Under the pieces are notes generated by a model, which was not told where the DNA came from, did no database searches, and saw only the letters and a list, made by a program, of their open reading frames with translations. A program made the position numbers and the translations under genes. A DNA stretch of 64,000 nucleotides from a virus. The stretch spans positions 15,249 through 79,248 of the IMG/VR virus record IMGVR_UViG_3300005077_000007, one strand, 5' to 3'. Of this stretch, positions 29,582 to 39,896 are shown in pieces. Within the stretch, counting starts at the first letter, position 1. Each line of letters opens with the position of its first letter.

Positions 29582-30892
29582 TTACCTCATGAACGCTGAA
29601 TATGTACATGCATTGCACGCAGAAGTCTCAATATAAATCTCCTCGCAATATTCCGTAAAAACTTTATAATCATCGTCCGTAAATGTATCGATCAGTATTT
29701 TTGGTTCTCTACCCTGAATTGGGTTACAGTATAGCTTAAATGAACCAGTGCCAGCCGTTTTATCGAACGCGATAAGCTTACTGCTGTGACCCGCACCGTC
29801 CAACATAATACGACTTGTGCAAGTTGATGCAGTTGGGCACGGGGTTGCCTCAACGGCAAGTGCCGCCCGCATAGTAAACGTTGGCGTTGGAGTGAACGTT
29901 TGGGTTATGGTTGGAGTATTCGCTGGCGTATTGGTTGGTGTTACAGTTGGCGTATTGAACGTAGCTGTCAGCGTTGGCGTAGAGGTTGGCGTAGAGGTTG
30001 GCGTAATCGTGGGGGTAAACGTCGGAGTAGCCGATGGCACATTCGTTCTTGTCGGAATTGGGGTCTTTGTCGGTGTTCTTGTTTTCGTAACCGTTGACGT
30101 TGGCGTTCTTGTTCGCGTATTCGTTGCCGTCATTGTTGGCGTAATAGTCGGGGTGTTCGGAATGACCGCCGTGTCGGTTGGGGTTGGCGTTGGGCCGGAA
30201 ACGTAATGGACATTAACCTGTACATAGCCAACATAGGCATTTTTATTTGTCAGGCTTCCGGCGTATTGTACAGCAATCCCGGCGCCAAACGTGGATGCCT
30301 CCACTTCTGCCTCAGAAATTGCGACAACGCCCCATTTATCAACGGAACTTCCGTAAGTAGCCGTTCCCGTCGAGGTCGGCCATGCGGTATCGGTTTGCTT
30401 ATCGCTTCCATATGGCGCATTATCAACGATAAGACGCACATTTTTATCATCAAAATCTGACTCTACCGAAGCGTATCTTTGCACTTTTACTTGAATTCCG
30501 GTTACAACCGATCCGGCCGGAATATCTACTCCATATCCAGTACACTTCAGTAACGCAGAGTTAGTATTACCCGTTTGTGGCCCCAGGGGCACGTTTGCAT
30601 AACTCGCGTCCGCGCCTGTCGCATTTTGTGGATTGCTCCACACCTTTCCGGAAACAACCAGATCGGACGAACACGTCGATGGAGAAAGAAAGCCGGTTGA
30701 AGTATCTGGAGCTGGCGTACTTGTTGGGGTGCTGGTTGGCGTATTCGTTATCGTAGGCGTATTGGTGGGCGTAGTCGTTGGAGTATCGGTTGCCGTTCCC
30801 GTTGGCGTGCTGGTCTGTGCAAATAAGACATCCGGCCTCAATGATATGAGACAAAAAAATAGGATAGGTATAAAGGTTCGCATGATCTTCAT
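29582..30892 (-). CDS. Signal-peptide, Thr-Pro-rich protein between TerL and portal
   Basis: SD GGAGG; hydrophobic N-terminus ending LFA|QT; two (TP)n linkers flanking a WSNPQNA..IP.G..GI.V..YG....KWG domain; Cys-containing C-terminal domain. Confidence 0.75.
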   Translation of the reverse strand: MKIMRTFIPILFFCLISLRPDVLFAQTSTPTGTATDTPTTTPTNTPTITNTPTSTPTSTPAPDTSTGFLSPSTCSSDLVVSGKVWSNPQNATGADASYANVPLGPQTGNTNSALLKCTGYGVDIPAGSVVTGIQVKVQRYASVESDFDDKNVRLIVDNAPYGSDKQTDTAWPTSTGTATYGSSVDKWGVVAISEAEVEASTFGAGIAVQYAGSLTNKNAYVGYVQVNVHYVSGPTPTPTDTAVIPNTPTITPTMTATNTRTRTPTSTVTKTRTPTKTPIPTRTNVPSATPTFTPTITPTSTPTSTPTLTATFNTPTVTPTNTPANTPTITQTFTPTPTFTMRAALAVEATPCPTASTCTSRIMLDGAGHSSKLIAFDKTAGTGSFKLYCNPIQGREPKILIDTFTDDDYKVFTEYCEEIYIETSACNACTYSAFMR

Positions 30893-30958
30893 AGTGACAC
30901 CTCCGCCGGGTATGCCCCTACAACAGGGTAGCAAAAAGTTCAACGATAATCAAGTGGC

Positions 30959-33493
30959 TTACGTTCGTCTACGCGCTAGCCTTATTATTTGTCCTCCTAT
31001 CTCATCGTAATCAGGTATGCAACTCGTTGCCCCAAGAACGGCCATCGAAAATGCGATCAATGTATCAATTTTTTTATTCTTATTATCTTTAATGAAACGC
31101 CTTCCACGACCTGGGACTTCTTTAATGGACACCATCATGGCCTCATTCCTTAAATCATCATCTGGAATAATGATAATATTCCCCTCTGATAACTTATCAA
31201 GAAAATTTTCCGTCATCTTAATGGTATTCGGTTGCGTCTGTGGATAAGGAACCATTGGCAACCCCCTTTCTCGTAGCCTCTGAGCCGATGACTCCATTTG
31301 CCACGGATCATAATATACAATTGCCAAAAAGAATTGCTTATTGAGTTCGAGTAGATATTTCTCTATTGTACGCTCGAAGTTGAGTGGATCTTCTTTTGTA
31401 GGTTGCCAGACTTGATATGGACCTTGCCAAATTTTGCCATGACGGCGGAAAGCTGAGACGACTGCGGCTCGGTCTTTCACTAGCGAAGCGTCGATACCAA
31501 CAGCTAATGAAAGATCTCGTGAGGGCGAAATCGGCGCAAAGTATTGATTTTCTTTTGCGAAATCCACACATCGATCCCAAAAGCGCATATCCATCCCTTC
31601 TTCTGCTTCCACCCACTCATTTCGATGAATTCTACGAAATGCGCTTAGTCGAAAACCGGGTTGATTAATCTGTTCATGGTAATATTTTGCATCTTGCCAG
31701 GGCATCCTAGGCTCGTGATCCCAATAGCAATTTCGCACTAAAACATTTCCAGAGAAAAAATTATGAGCTTCTTCGACATCAACACAATACGCCCACCTTG
31801 CGGGGCCGTCATGCGGTGGTGCCCCATGTTCGATTATGGCCCTCGCGGCGTCCTGGGTAGATTTTCCGAGGTTCCAGCTATTTTCATCAAATTCGGGAGC
31901 TTTGTCGGCAAGCTTATATCTCATTGATTGTGGCACAAGGTGACCAATTTTTTGTGATAAATAAGTTAAGCCAATTGGTGATATATGAATTATACACCCA
32001 CTCCCGCCGTAACGTTTATATTCTCTTACGTGACACTTTATCCCATATTCAACTAATTTTTGACATAAGTATTCACAATCAATTCTACTAAAAGACTGCG
32101 TATAAATCACCGCAGCCCCGTGGTTTGACCTTGATCCATCATCTAAATACCAGGCCGCAAGAAGCTCCGGGGACATATATCGAGATACGAGATCGTATGG
32201 AACTATTTTCTTTTTATTCGAATAAAACATTTCTCTTAAATTCAACAACGCCTGGCTCGATCGAGATTCAAAATTTATCGCACCATCCATGCTCCTAATC
32301 CACCTTGATCCGTTCTGCCCAATACGGTCCAGGGCGATGGTTTTTAAAAATATCCACTCGATTTGCCCCTTGTGGTGTATCATCCTCAATTCGGTACGAT
32401 AAGCTGACTCACTTGTCAAGTGAGCATCCCCCAATAGTGTTCCAACAATAAGTGCCATTTGTTTCTCATTTGGAGCATCTTTTTTCGTTAAGATTAAGTC
32501 ACCGTTACGTAAATTATCCGCACGAACTTTTCCGTTTGGAGTAAAAATTTCGTGATCGTTCGTAACCCATGTTCCAGTTCGTCTATATCGACCATTCTCG
32601 TAACCAACTCTCATGTAATATCGATTACCCAACTTAGTCCTATACCACCCCACTATGGGTCTTTCCTCGAATTTTCCATCAATCATGCATATGACCTTTT
32701 TATCTATTTTCTCATTTACGACCTTGCTTATGCGCATGCGTGTACCATCAGCAAATTGCACTGATGATCTTGGGTGTAGGCAAATCGAGTCACCACTGGC
32801 ATAAACTGGCAATTGCGTCAATTCTCCAGTTTCCGTGTTTTTATATTTTCCTAGATCAATGAGATTTTCTGGACGAACTATTCGCTTATATATATCTTCC
32901 AATAGCTCCGACTCCCCAACGAAGCCAGCGTACGTTGTAATAACCCGCATTGCGTTTTCCCTGGTAGGTGGTGGAGTCATTTCATCAAATAATCGTCTCG
33001 CCCCCTCACTCGTGAAGCCCCACAACTCATCAAACAACGAGAGGTTTGGATTTGACCCTGCCGCTCCGGCGTAGTCGCTACTAATCGCCTGAACCATCGT
33101 ACCATCTTTCAATATAATATGCTTGATATGAACATCGCTACAAGCTTCCAATAAAACCGGATTACTCTCTATGCATCTCTTGAGATCACGATACCCGCGC
33201 GATTGCGATTGCTCCAGATCGTTCGCAAGGTAATAAATCTCCCCGTTTCTTCCACAAATTCCAGAAAACGCAAACCAGGCTGCGATCATTGCCCCTATTG
33301 ATGTTTTTCCACTTTTTTTCCCACACGACCATACAAACTGCCGATAGGGGAGAATTCCATTTTTGTTCGGGGTAAGTGCGTGCTCCAGGATGGCCTTCTG
33401 GTGTGGCATTAGCTGGACTAATTTGCCATTTGGTAATATGAATATTCTTTCTAAGAATGGGACGATGGGGACTATCTTCTTCTCTTGACTCAT
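30959..33493 (-). CDS. terL: Terminase large subunit containing an intein
   Basis: Walker A GKKSGKT, Walker B SLFDE, nuclease IGIDAS and KKIDTLIA; position at the head of the morphogenesis operon. Confidence 0.92.
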   Translation of the reverse strand: MSQEKKIVPIVPFLERIFILPNGKLVQLMPHQKAILEHALTPNKNGILPYRQFVWSCGKKSGKTSIGAMIAAWFAFSGICGRNGEIYYLANDLEQSQSRGYRDLKRCIESNPVLLEACSDVHIKHIILKDGTMVQAISSDYAGAAGSNPNLSLFDELWGFTSEGARRLFDEMTPPPTRENAMRVITTYAGFVGESELLEDIYKRIVRPENLIDLGKYKNTETGELTQLPVYASGDSICLHPRSSVQFADGTRMRISKVVNEKIDKKVICMIDGKFEERPIVGWYRTKLGNRYYMRVGYENGRYRRTGTWVTNDHEIFTPNGKVRADNLRNGDLILTKKDAPNEKQMALIVGTLLGDAHLTSESAYRTELRMIHHKGQIEWIFLKTIALDRIGQNGSRWIRSMDGAINFESRSSQALLNLREMFYSNKKKIVPYDLVSRYMSPELLAAWYLDDGSRSNHGAAVIYTQSFSRIDCEYLCQKLVEYGIKCHVREYKRYGGSGCIIHISPIGLTYLSQKIGHLVPQSMRYKLADKAPEFDENSWNLGKSTQDAARAIIEHGAPPHDGPARWAYCVDVEEAHNFFSGNVLVRNCYWDHEPRMPWQDAKYYHEQINQPGFRLSAFRRIHRNEWVEAEEGMDMRFWDRCVDFAKENQYFAPISPSRDLSLAVGIDASLVKDRAAVVSAFRRHGKIWQGPYQVWQPTKEDPLNFERTIEKYLLELNKQFFLAIVYYDPWQMESSAQRLRERGLPMVPYPQTQPNTIKMTENFLDKLSEGNIIIIPDDDLRNEAMMVSIKEVPGRGRRFIKDNKNKKIDTLIAFSMAVLGATSCIPDYDEIGGQIIRLARRRT
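31730..32782 (-). mobile_element. Intein (351 aa) with LAGLIDADG homing endonuclease in TerL
   Basis: Starts CLHPRSSV, ends HNFFSGNVLVRN followed by Cys(+1); GTLLGDAH and LAAWYLDDG motifs. Confidence 0.9.
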
Positions 33494-33520
33494 AACACGT
33501 TCCCTGCTATAATAGCCTTG

Positions 33521-33703
33521 ATGCAAATAAATCTCGACGTATCCTGCCCCGAGTGCCGTACCGGAAAAGTCGAAGCAATTGGACGAGCATTCATTAAGGA
33601 TGAATTATCACTTATCCTTTGGAGATGTCAAGTATGTCAGCACGAGTTTTCTCTCGGAATAAACTACTCTTCAGTGATAGTGAAGGAGGAGATCGTTCAT
33701 TAA
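33521..33703 (+). CDS. Small Cys4 zinc-ribbon protein
   Basis: CPEC-x23-CQVC; overlaps the 5' end of the primase. Confidence 0.5.
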   Translation: MQINLDVSCPECRTGKVEAIGRAFIKDELSLILWRCQVCQHEFSLGINYSSVIVKEEIVH

Positions 33704-34419
33704 GTGACATACTGAACACGATCGTTGCTCATTCGAATCATCGAATACTGTTTCAAGAAACACGAGAGGGCGAATATCTCCAATCCCGATCCATCTCGCG
33801 GTACGCAATTGAAAAATTCCAACTTGGCGCCATCGGGCAATTAGCATACTCCGATGAGTTGCATAAACTAGGGCTTTTTAATAAAAGCCGCAAACAGGTT
33901 TTTAATTCCGGTATTACAATTCCAATCTTTACCCATGACGATATTCTCATTTCGCTTGCCCTTCGCCTACTCGATGATCCAGAAAAGAAATACTTTACAA
34001 CACGATCGATAGATGGATATTCAAAGAGTAATACATTCTATGGATTTAATATCGCTAAACCGTACATATTAAAACGAAAATTCCTCCTATTAGTAGAAGG
34101 TTACTTCGATGTCGTCGCCGCGCATATGCACGGATACGAAAATACAATAGCGATATGCGGAACCGACATGAGCGATCGGCAACTCTTACTCCTTGAAGCC
34201 ATCGCCAGAAACAATGTGGAAGTTTTATGCCTCATGGATGGCGATACCGCTGGGAATGCCGCAAGTGGTAAAATTATCAACCAATTGCGTAGCATGAATA
34301 TTCATGCATCAAGCCTTCGGCTCCATGATGGCGTTGATCCATGCGAGGCGTTCTTTCTTCATCCATGGGAAACAATACGGATGATTCATAAACATCTATG
34401 GGAGGTTTGTCGTGCATAA
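33634..34419 (+). CDS. DnaG-type primase catalytic core (TOPRIM) lacking a zinc-binding domain
   Basis: FYGFNIAK, LVEGYFDV, ICGT, MDGDTAG motifs. Confidence 0.85.
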   Translation: MSARVFSRNKLLFSDSEGGDRSLSDILNTIVAHSNHRILFQETREGEYLQSRSISRYAIEKFQLGAIGQLAYSDELHKLGLFNKSRKQVFNSGITIPIFTHDDILISLALRLLDDPEKKYFTTRSIDGYSKSNTFYGFNIAKPYILKRKFLLLVEGYFDVVAAHMHGYENTIAICGTDMSDRQLLLLEAIARNNVEVLCLMDGDTAGNAASGKIINQLRSMNIHASSLRLHDGVDPCEAFFLHPWETIRMIHKHLWEVCRA

Positions 34420-34804
34420 AAGCTTTGCTCAATTTCTAAAAACTGGAATAATTACCATTGGCGTTACGGCTGATCGAGAGACTCCCGAATCGCTTATTCG
34501 TGAATCTCTCGATAATATGCACCGCCATTTTCTTAATAGCTATCCGCCAGAAAAGCTCATTTTTTATTACCCATCAGAGCTAAAAAACGTTCATGCTGTT
34601 TTGAGCGACATACCAAAAACCAAAAAAGAACCACTTGTAGCAAACTTTATGCGACATGGTAGCTCTGGTTACTATAAGCGAAATTATCGCTTGACATGCT
34701 CTGTTGATTTTTGTATTATTATTGGGTATGAACGAAGCGATATTCAGAAGTTTTGTCAAAAAATGGGGCGGAGTTGCCTAGTGGTTCCATATGCCGACTA
34801 CTGA
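34412..34804 (+). CDS. Hypothetical protein, weakly SLOG/YspA-like
   Basis: TIGVTADR and GYYKRN..VDFCIII loosely match SLOG-family motifs. Confidence 0.3.
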   Translation: MHKSFAQFLKTGIITIGVTADRETPESLIRESLDNMHRHFLNSYPPEKLIFYYPSELKNVHAVLSDIPKTKKEPLVANFMRHGSSGYYKRNYRLTCSVDFCIIIGYERSDIQKFCQKMGRSCLVVPYADY

Positions 34805-35540
34805 TTATACCGTTAAGGATGGAACACGAGTACCTGGCGTCACTACCGTCTTGGGCAATCTTGGCTGGAATAAGCGGGCCTTAATGCTATGGGCCTTCAA
34901 ATGCGGCAAAGAGGGGAAAAACATCGATTCTGTCCGCGATGAAGCCGCAAGCGCAGGAAGCATCGCGCACTACTTTTGTGAATGCTTCTTAAGGAACCAG
35001 CCAGTCGATCGAAGCACCTTCAAGGATGCCTCCGATCGAGAATGGGAACTCGGTGAGGGTGCTTTTAATAGCTTTATGGAATGGTACAATGATGACCATT
35101 GGGAAACCATCCTCATAGAGCCACATCTAATATCCGAAACGCACCGATTTGGTGGAACTCCAGATTGGGTAGCCAGGCGTGCGAGTAATCAAAAGGTATA
35201 TCTTTTTGATTTTAAAACGAGTCGCGCGGTATATGACGATCACAAGATCCAGCTTTCCGCATACGTCAATCTTCTTAAAGAGAATAATCACGATATTACC
35301 GGTGGGGCGTGCGTCATTCAGCTTGGTCGCTTCTCTGACGAATTAGCTTACCATTGGTTCTCCCTCGAAAAACTCGAGCCGTATTGGCAGGTATTTCAAC
35401 ACTTGCTTGGTATCCATAAGCTCAGATCGCTCATGAGTCAAGCCCCTCATACAAAAAAGGCTTCTCAAAAGAAAAAAGTGGAGGAAAACGGCATGGTGAG
35501 CACTGCTCAGGTTTCGCTTTTTCCGGGGAAGGATGCGTGA
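34791..35540 (+). CDS. PD-(D/E)XK exonuclease (phage recombination type)
   Basis: PGVTTVL, GSIAH, GGTPD, DFKT, QLSAY. Confidence 0.85.
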   Translation: MPTTDYTVKDGTRVPGVTTVLGNLGWNKRALMLWAFKCGKEGKNIDSVRDEAASAGSIAHYFCECFLRNQPVDRSTFKDASDREWELGEGAFNSFMEWYNDDHWETILIEPHLISETHRFGGTPDWVARRASNQKVYLFDFKTSRAVYDDHKIQLSAYVNLLKENNHDITGGACVIQLGRFSDELAYHWFSLEKLEPYWQVFQHLLGIHKLRSLMSQAPHTKKASQKKKVEENGMVSTAQVSLFPGKDA

Positions 35541-37321
35541 ATATTCATCAAGGCGAACAGGCGTCCCTTCCAGAAAATTTCGGAAAGTACCTCCCGCTCA
35601 GAAAATGGGAGAAAGCCCTTCTGTATCAGGGCGCAACCTGCACATCGAAAATGTGTTCCCACAAGAACCATTTTCATCCAGTATCGAACTTTTCTGAATT
35701 AGTTGGTCTAGATATATCGGGGTATGGCGTTTGCCCAAATCCTGGATACGTCATCGTCGATATTGATTCTCGTGAAAATTGTCAATGTCTCGGACTGACC
35801 GAGAAGTATATTCAATCGTGCTATCGCGTCAAAACTCCAAGCGGTGGTCTCCATCTTTATTGTCGAACGAACCAAAAGATTACTAGCCACATTAAGCTTG
35901 TTGATGGAATCGACATTATTGGAAATAGCGGCGGAGCGCCGGTCATGGCCGTTGGCCCAGGATCGGTACTATGGGACGTCGATCTATCAGCAGAAGAAAA
36001 AACCTATCAACACGAAGATGGAGTCGTGCAATATCTCCCCATTCCACTCTTGCAAAAAATTCTCGAACGACAACAGAAAGATCCTGTAACCGTTTCTCCT
36101 GTTTATAAATCCGACCCACACACAGAGCAAGGACGAAAGGAAAGAAAAGAGTGGCCCGATCTTTTACCACAACTCGAAGCCCATGTCCTTTCGCATCATA
36201 AAGGTCCTACCCCAAAGGGAAGATTCATTCCTGTTCGGTGCTTTTTTCATTCTCCAGACAAGAATCCGTCTGCATGGTACGATAGAAATACTGGATTCTA
36301 TGGATGTTATACCTGCGGCGTTCGCCTAACGGCTCTCGAGTTCACCAAGTCTCTTAATCTCCCATTACCGGAAATTGTTCCAAAGTCCATTAAGGAATGG
36401 GAACTTTCCGCTACTCAGTGGGCTTTATCAGAGAATGACCCAGCAGCTCTTTTAACCATTCACGCCATCTCCACCGTTGCTGCGGGAATCAAGAAAACGT
36501 CCTTTGCCTGCTCGGTAAGAACGCTCGCTACCCATATTGGCAATGTCCTCTCTGCACAAGCCGTCCTAGCGTGCGTCCGGCGCTTGGAAGAGGGAGGATT
36601 ACTCGGAATCACGAAAGAGGACTTACCCATCGAGGTAGACTACCGTGGTGTAACGATAGCCCAGAGGGGTGCTCTGGTCTACTCACTCACCCCTTCCAGT
36701 GAGTGGAGCGTCAAAAAAATGACGGTAAATTTTGCTATAAAAGAAGAGAAGATAGCTAGCACCCTCCCCTCCCCCCCCCTTCCTCAATATACGTTGAGTA
36801 AAGTTTTGTGTAAGTGCAAAGAAGTGCTTGAATTCTGTGGGTTAGCGGGCCGTGGTGGGGTGGGCCTACGGGGCCTAGAGGCCATCCTTCTAATGATGCC
36901 GGGGGACTTGAAGGGGGCTGGTAGGGGGGCGCTACGGCGGGCTGTAGCTCGGATGGAACAACTTGGGGTCGTAGAGCAGAGAGGACGAGGTATGTGGGGT
37001 TTACGAGGGGGAGTTTTATTAGCCTTTAAGCGAATAGAGATGTACGTTAAGGCCAATGTGAGCACGGAAAAATACGAAGAAAGGCAGAAAAAAGATAGAT
37101 TAAGCTTGATTTCTTACAGGAAGTGGTTATTCTGTAGGAAATATAAAATTCTTGAAGAAGCGCTAGATCAGTATGATAGGGAACATGGAGATTCAACCCC
37201 GCTTGGGCAAGGAAAGAAAATGGTAGCAAAAATACATAAAAGATTAGCAAGCCTGAGCGATATGGTGATGGATAAGATGTACCATGAGTTTTCAGATGAT
37301 ATCGCTTGGGAGGAAGTGTGA
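35537..37321 (+). CDS. Prim-pol (AEP-like) N-terminal domain with CHC2 zinc finger and probable winged helix; replication protein
   Basis: VIVDIDS, VKTPSGGLHLY, IDII; CFFHSPDKNPS..YGCYTCG. Confidence 0.7.
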   Translation: MNIHQGEQASLPENFGKYLPLRKWEKALLYQGATCTSKMCSHKNHFHPVSNFSELVGLDISGYGVCPNPGYVIVDIDSRENCQCLGLTEKYIQSCYRVKTPSGGLHLYCRTNQKITSHIKLVDGIDIIGNSGGAPVMAVGPGSVLWDVDLSAEEKTYQHEDGVVQYLPIPLLQKILERQQKDPVTVSPVYKSDPHTEQGRKERKEWPDLLPQLEAHVLSHHKGPTPKGRFIPVRCFFHSPDKNPSAWYDRNTGFYGCYTCGVRLTALEFTKSLNLPLPEIVPKSIKEWELSATQWALSENDPAALLTIHAISTVAAGIKKTSFACSVRTLATHIGNVLSAQAVLACVRRLEEGGLLGITKEDLPIEVDYRGVTIAQRGALVYSLTPSSEWSVKKMTVNFAIKEEKIASTLPSPPLPQYTLSKVLCKCKEVLEFCGLAGRGGVGLRGLEAILLMMPGDLKGAGRGALRRAVARMEQLGVVEQRGRGMWGLRGGVLLAFKRIEMYVKANVSTEKYEERQKKDRLSLISYRKWLFCRKYKILEEALDQYDREHGDSTPLGQGKKMVAKIHKRLASLSDMVMDKMYHEFSDDIAWEEV

Positions 37322-37785
37322 TGTATACGGCTCCAAATGGGAAAATTCCAGGACACCTAGTTATGATGAACGTAACAGATGAGTATTTTGGCGTTGCGGC
37401 AATTAAAGAAGCATTAGACCAAATCACGAAAGAGCCAATATTAGTTTTCGACTTTGGTCTCCGTGGGTTACATGCGCACGTACAAAGGCACGTTACGAAT
37501 CAAGGCGGATGTTGGGTATCCTTTAATGTTTCTTCCCCATTATACGGAAGCAGTGGGCATATGCATAAGTGCATTATGGCAATGGGAATTGCGCAAGGTG
37601 TTCCTACACAAAAGCATTTACTATTGTTTTCTTATATCAAGCCGGACGCCTTTCAAACTGCAATTGCGCAGGAGGGTAAGATTCGCTCATACGATGTTCG
37701 CTTCATGTGTGAACGAACCCTTAATATCGTGGATAACGTCCCGCGAGGCGGGGCGATTATTGGGGTCAACCCACGGACGATATAG
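37321..37785 (+). CDS. Hypothetical protein
   Basis: Coupled ORF with SD GGAGG. Confidence 0.5.
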   Translation: MYTAPNGKIPGHLVMMNVTDEYFGVAAIKEALDQITKEPILVFDFGLRGLHAHVQRHVTNQGGCWVSFNVSSPLYGSSGHMHKCIMAMGIAQGVPTQKHLLLFSYIKPDAFQTAIAQEGKIRSYDVRFMCERTLNIVDNVPRGGAIIGVNPRTI

Positions 37786-37917
37786 CGGATAGAACGGCGT
37801 TTTATGGTCGATAATGAAGTTAGTAAAAAAGATGCTTGCTATCGCCATGCATACATGGCAAGCTATTAGAGAGAGATGGGGACTACCCCTAAACGGGCGA
37901 ACAACAAGGAGAATGAC

Positions 37918-38199
37918 ATGGGAATTCAATACGTTCAGGCACGAATCGTTCCGGTGCTTCACCTGCAAGTGAAGCGCGACAATCACCCTGGATACAAGCC
38001 TACCGAAGGTTTGGTTTCCAGTGAAGTGCTCGAAGAAATTTATGAACAGCTTGCAGGAGGAAAGTTTTGCGCTACTTCGCTGGCCGGTTCTTCGACTCAG
38101 TATGCCGTTCTTTGTGTTAATGACGAAATGGTCACGACCCAGAACGGCACCCCGGTTGTTTCCGTCGAAGCATTGAGCGCCGATTTGGATAAGAGCTAA
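37918..38199 (+). CDS. Hypothetical protein
   Basis: SD AAGGAG; co-oriented. Confidence 0.5.
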   Translation: MGIQYVQARIVPVLHLQVKRDNHPGYKPTEGLVSSEVLEEIYEQLAGGKFCATSLAGSSTQYAVLCVNDEMVTTQNGTPVVSVEALSADLDKS

Positions 38200-38211
38200 C
38201 GAAGAGTTGCG

Positions 38212-38799
38212 TTGGCCCCGGTTATGCTCGCCAAGCGAATCGATGAACCTCCTTCCTTTCGTAAGGTTCGTAAGGCGCGCAAATCGGGGCCGCGCAAGCG
38301 AAAACGTGCCATACGCAAGGTAAACACAAACACCACTGCGCCTAAGTTACTTGCAGCAAAATGGCAAAGTCGCATGGAAGCCAGAATTTTAGAAGTTCGC
38401 CCGAGGCTCAAAAAGCGCGCTGCGTCATTAGCAAAACAAATGGTGCATAAATCTCTTCGCGTGTTGTATGGCATGAAAATTCGCGCAAAAAAGCGTGGCA
38501 GCGAATGGGATTTGTCGTTCGATGATCTTATGGAAATGTATATCCAGTCGTATTATTCGCAATGTCGATATTGCCAAAGAGCGCTAATGGGATCAAATAT
38601 GGTCGTTGACCATATTGTACCGATATCGAGCGGGGGTGCGACGACAAAAGGAAACTTACAAATTATTTGTAAGACGTGTAATAATGTTAAGGGATCATTA
38701 TCCGAAGATCAGCTTGCTCAATTACTTTCTTGGCTTAATAATCTACCAGAAGCCTTTGCGAAAAACATCAAAACCCGCCTTGCGGGCGGTATAGCCTGA
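38212..38799 (+). CDS. HNH endonuclease
   Basis: CRYC..VDHIVPISSGG..NLQIICKTCNNVKG; the true start may be downstream of 38212. Confidence 0.88.
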   Translation: MAPVMLAKRIDEPPSFRKVRKARKSGPRKRKRAIRKVNTNTTAPKLLAAKWQSRMEARILEVRPRLKKRAASLAKQMVHKSLRVLYGMKIRAKKRGSEWDLSFDDLMEMYIQSYYSQCRYCQRALMGSNMVVDHIVPISSGGATTKGNLQIICKTCNNVKGSLSEDQLAQLLSWLNNLPEAFAKNIKTRLAGGIA

Positions 38800-38808
38800 G
38801 GAAACAAT

Positions 38809-39042
38809 ATGCTATATTTCGTTACGCAAACCATTGAAAAAAAGCCAATCATAGACGGACAGGATACGCTCCTCATTCGACAATATTTCGTTGCCGCAAA
38901 CAGCGAGGCAGATGCTATAGGTATTCTCAGTAACGGAAATCCACGGCTTGAGGATGGGACGAAGGTTGATATAACTCCATTCGAGCATTCATATGCCCAC
39001 ATAGGGTCATTTACTACAACAAAAGTTCATTCAGTAAATTAA
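38809..39042 (+). CDS. Small hypothetical protein
   Basis: SD GAGG; co-oriented. Confidence 0.5.
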   Translation: MLYFVTQTIEKKPIIDGQDTLLIRQYFVAANSEADAIGILSNGNPRLEDGTKVDITPFEHSYAHIGSFTTTKVHSVN

Positions 39043-39058
39043 AAAAAATGGCTATAGA

Positions 39059-39478
39059 ATGAGTCGAATTAAAAATGGCCTTCTGGCGGCTACCCTTGCT
39101 TCGGCGTTTTCAAACGCAACGTCGCCGGGGAGAAAAATGGGCGCTGCCTTGCTCAGTGGAAATCGCGTCCTATCGATAGGTTGGAATCTTTTTGATAAGA
39201 CCCATCCGTTATCGAAGTGGACAATCCACGCCGAGCAAATGGCTATGATTCGTCGCCGCCACCATGAAGATTCGAACCTTTGGCTAGCTATCGCTAGGCA
39301 GCGATACGGAAAGAACGGCGAAACCACGCCTGGGGTATCTCGTCCATGCCCAATGTGTATGGAGCTAATTCGTATAGCTCGAATTCAGAAGATTGCTTTT
39401 TATGACGAAAATGGGCAGATTACCGTCGAAAAGGTCGCACCGTTCTTTCCGAGAATTTCGTTAACAGGAGGGTATTAA
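39059..39478 (+). CDS. Cytidine/dCMP deaminase-family protein
   Basis: KMGAAL..IGWN..HAEQ..RPCPMC zinc motif. Confidence 0.85.
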   Translation: MSRIKNGLLAATLASAFSNATSPGRKMGAALLSGNRVLSIGWNLFDKTHPLSKWTIHAEQMAMIRRRHHEDSNLWLAIARQRYGKNGETTPGVSRPCPMCMELIRIARIQKIAFYDENGQITVEKVAPFFPRISLTGGY

Positions 39479-39885
39479 TGAGGAGTGCGCTAACCATATT
39501 ATCTATGCTCATCCCTTTGTCTGCGGTAGCACAGCCGCGCATACTGGTTTGTCAGGGAGATTATAAATCGATTAACAACATTGTCGTGTATAACTTTACT
39601 ACAGCTAGTATTCCAGCAATTCCGCCAATTCCGGTACCAACCTCTATACCATATCAAGTTATTCCGGTTAGCCCAACAAGAACGCCAGTGCCGACTCAAT
39701 ATCAGAGCAACTGCGTTGATAACGAAACGACAACGTTTCTGGATGTGCCATCAGATATTGATCCACCGGGTGCGCCGCGAAACCTTGCGGCTTGGTCATA
39801 TTCGCATTGGGGGGTTCGTAGCGGACGGAGTAACATTCTCACTGGCAACGTATTGCCAATGGCGAAGCCGGTACTTCTCAGGTAA
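39478..39885 (+). CDS. Signal-peptide, Pro/Thr-rich protein
   Basis: MRSALTILSMLIPLSAVA|QP; PTSIP/PTRTPVPT segment. Confidence 0.6.
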   Translation: MRSALTILSMLIPLSAVAQPRILVCQGDYKSINNIVVYNFTTASIPAIPPIPVPTSIPYQVIPVSPTRTPVPTQYQSNCVDNETTTFLDVPSDIDPPGAPRNLAAWSYSHWGVRSGRSNILTGNVLPMAKPVLLR

Positions 39886-39896
39886 GGAAATTATGT

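Noticed and set aside
33619-33703. Programmed frameshift joining the zinc-ribbon ORF to DnaG
   Set aside because: No X XXY YYZ heptamer in the overlap, and DnaG has its own SD and ATG.
36761-36790. Poly-C tract in the prim-pol gene as a replication origin
   Set aside because: No iterons or AT-rich unwinding element recognised; it encodes a Pro-rich linker.
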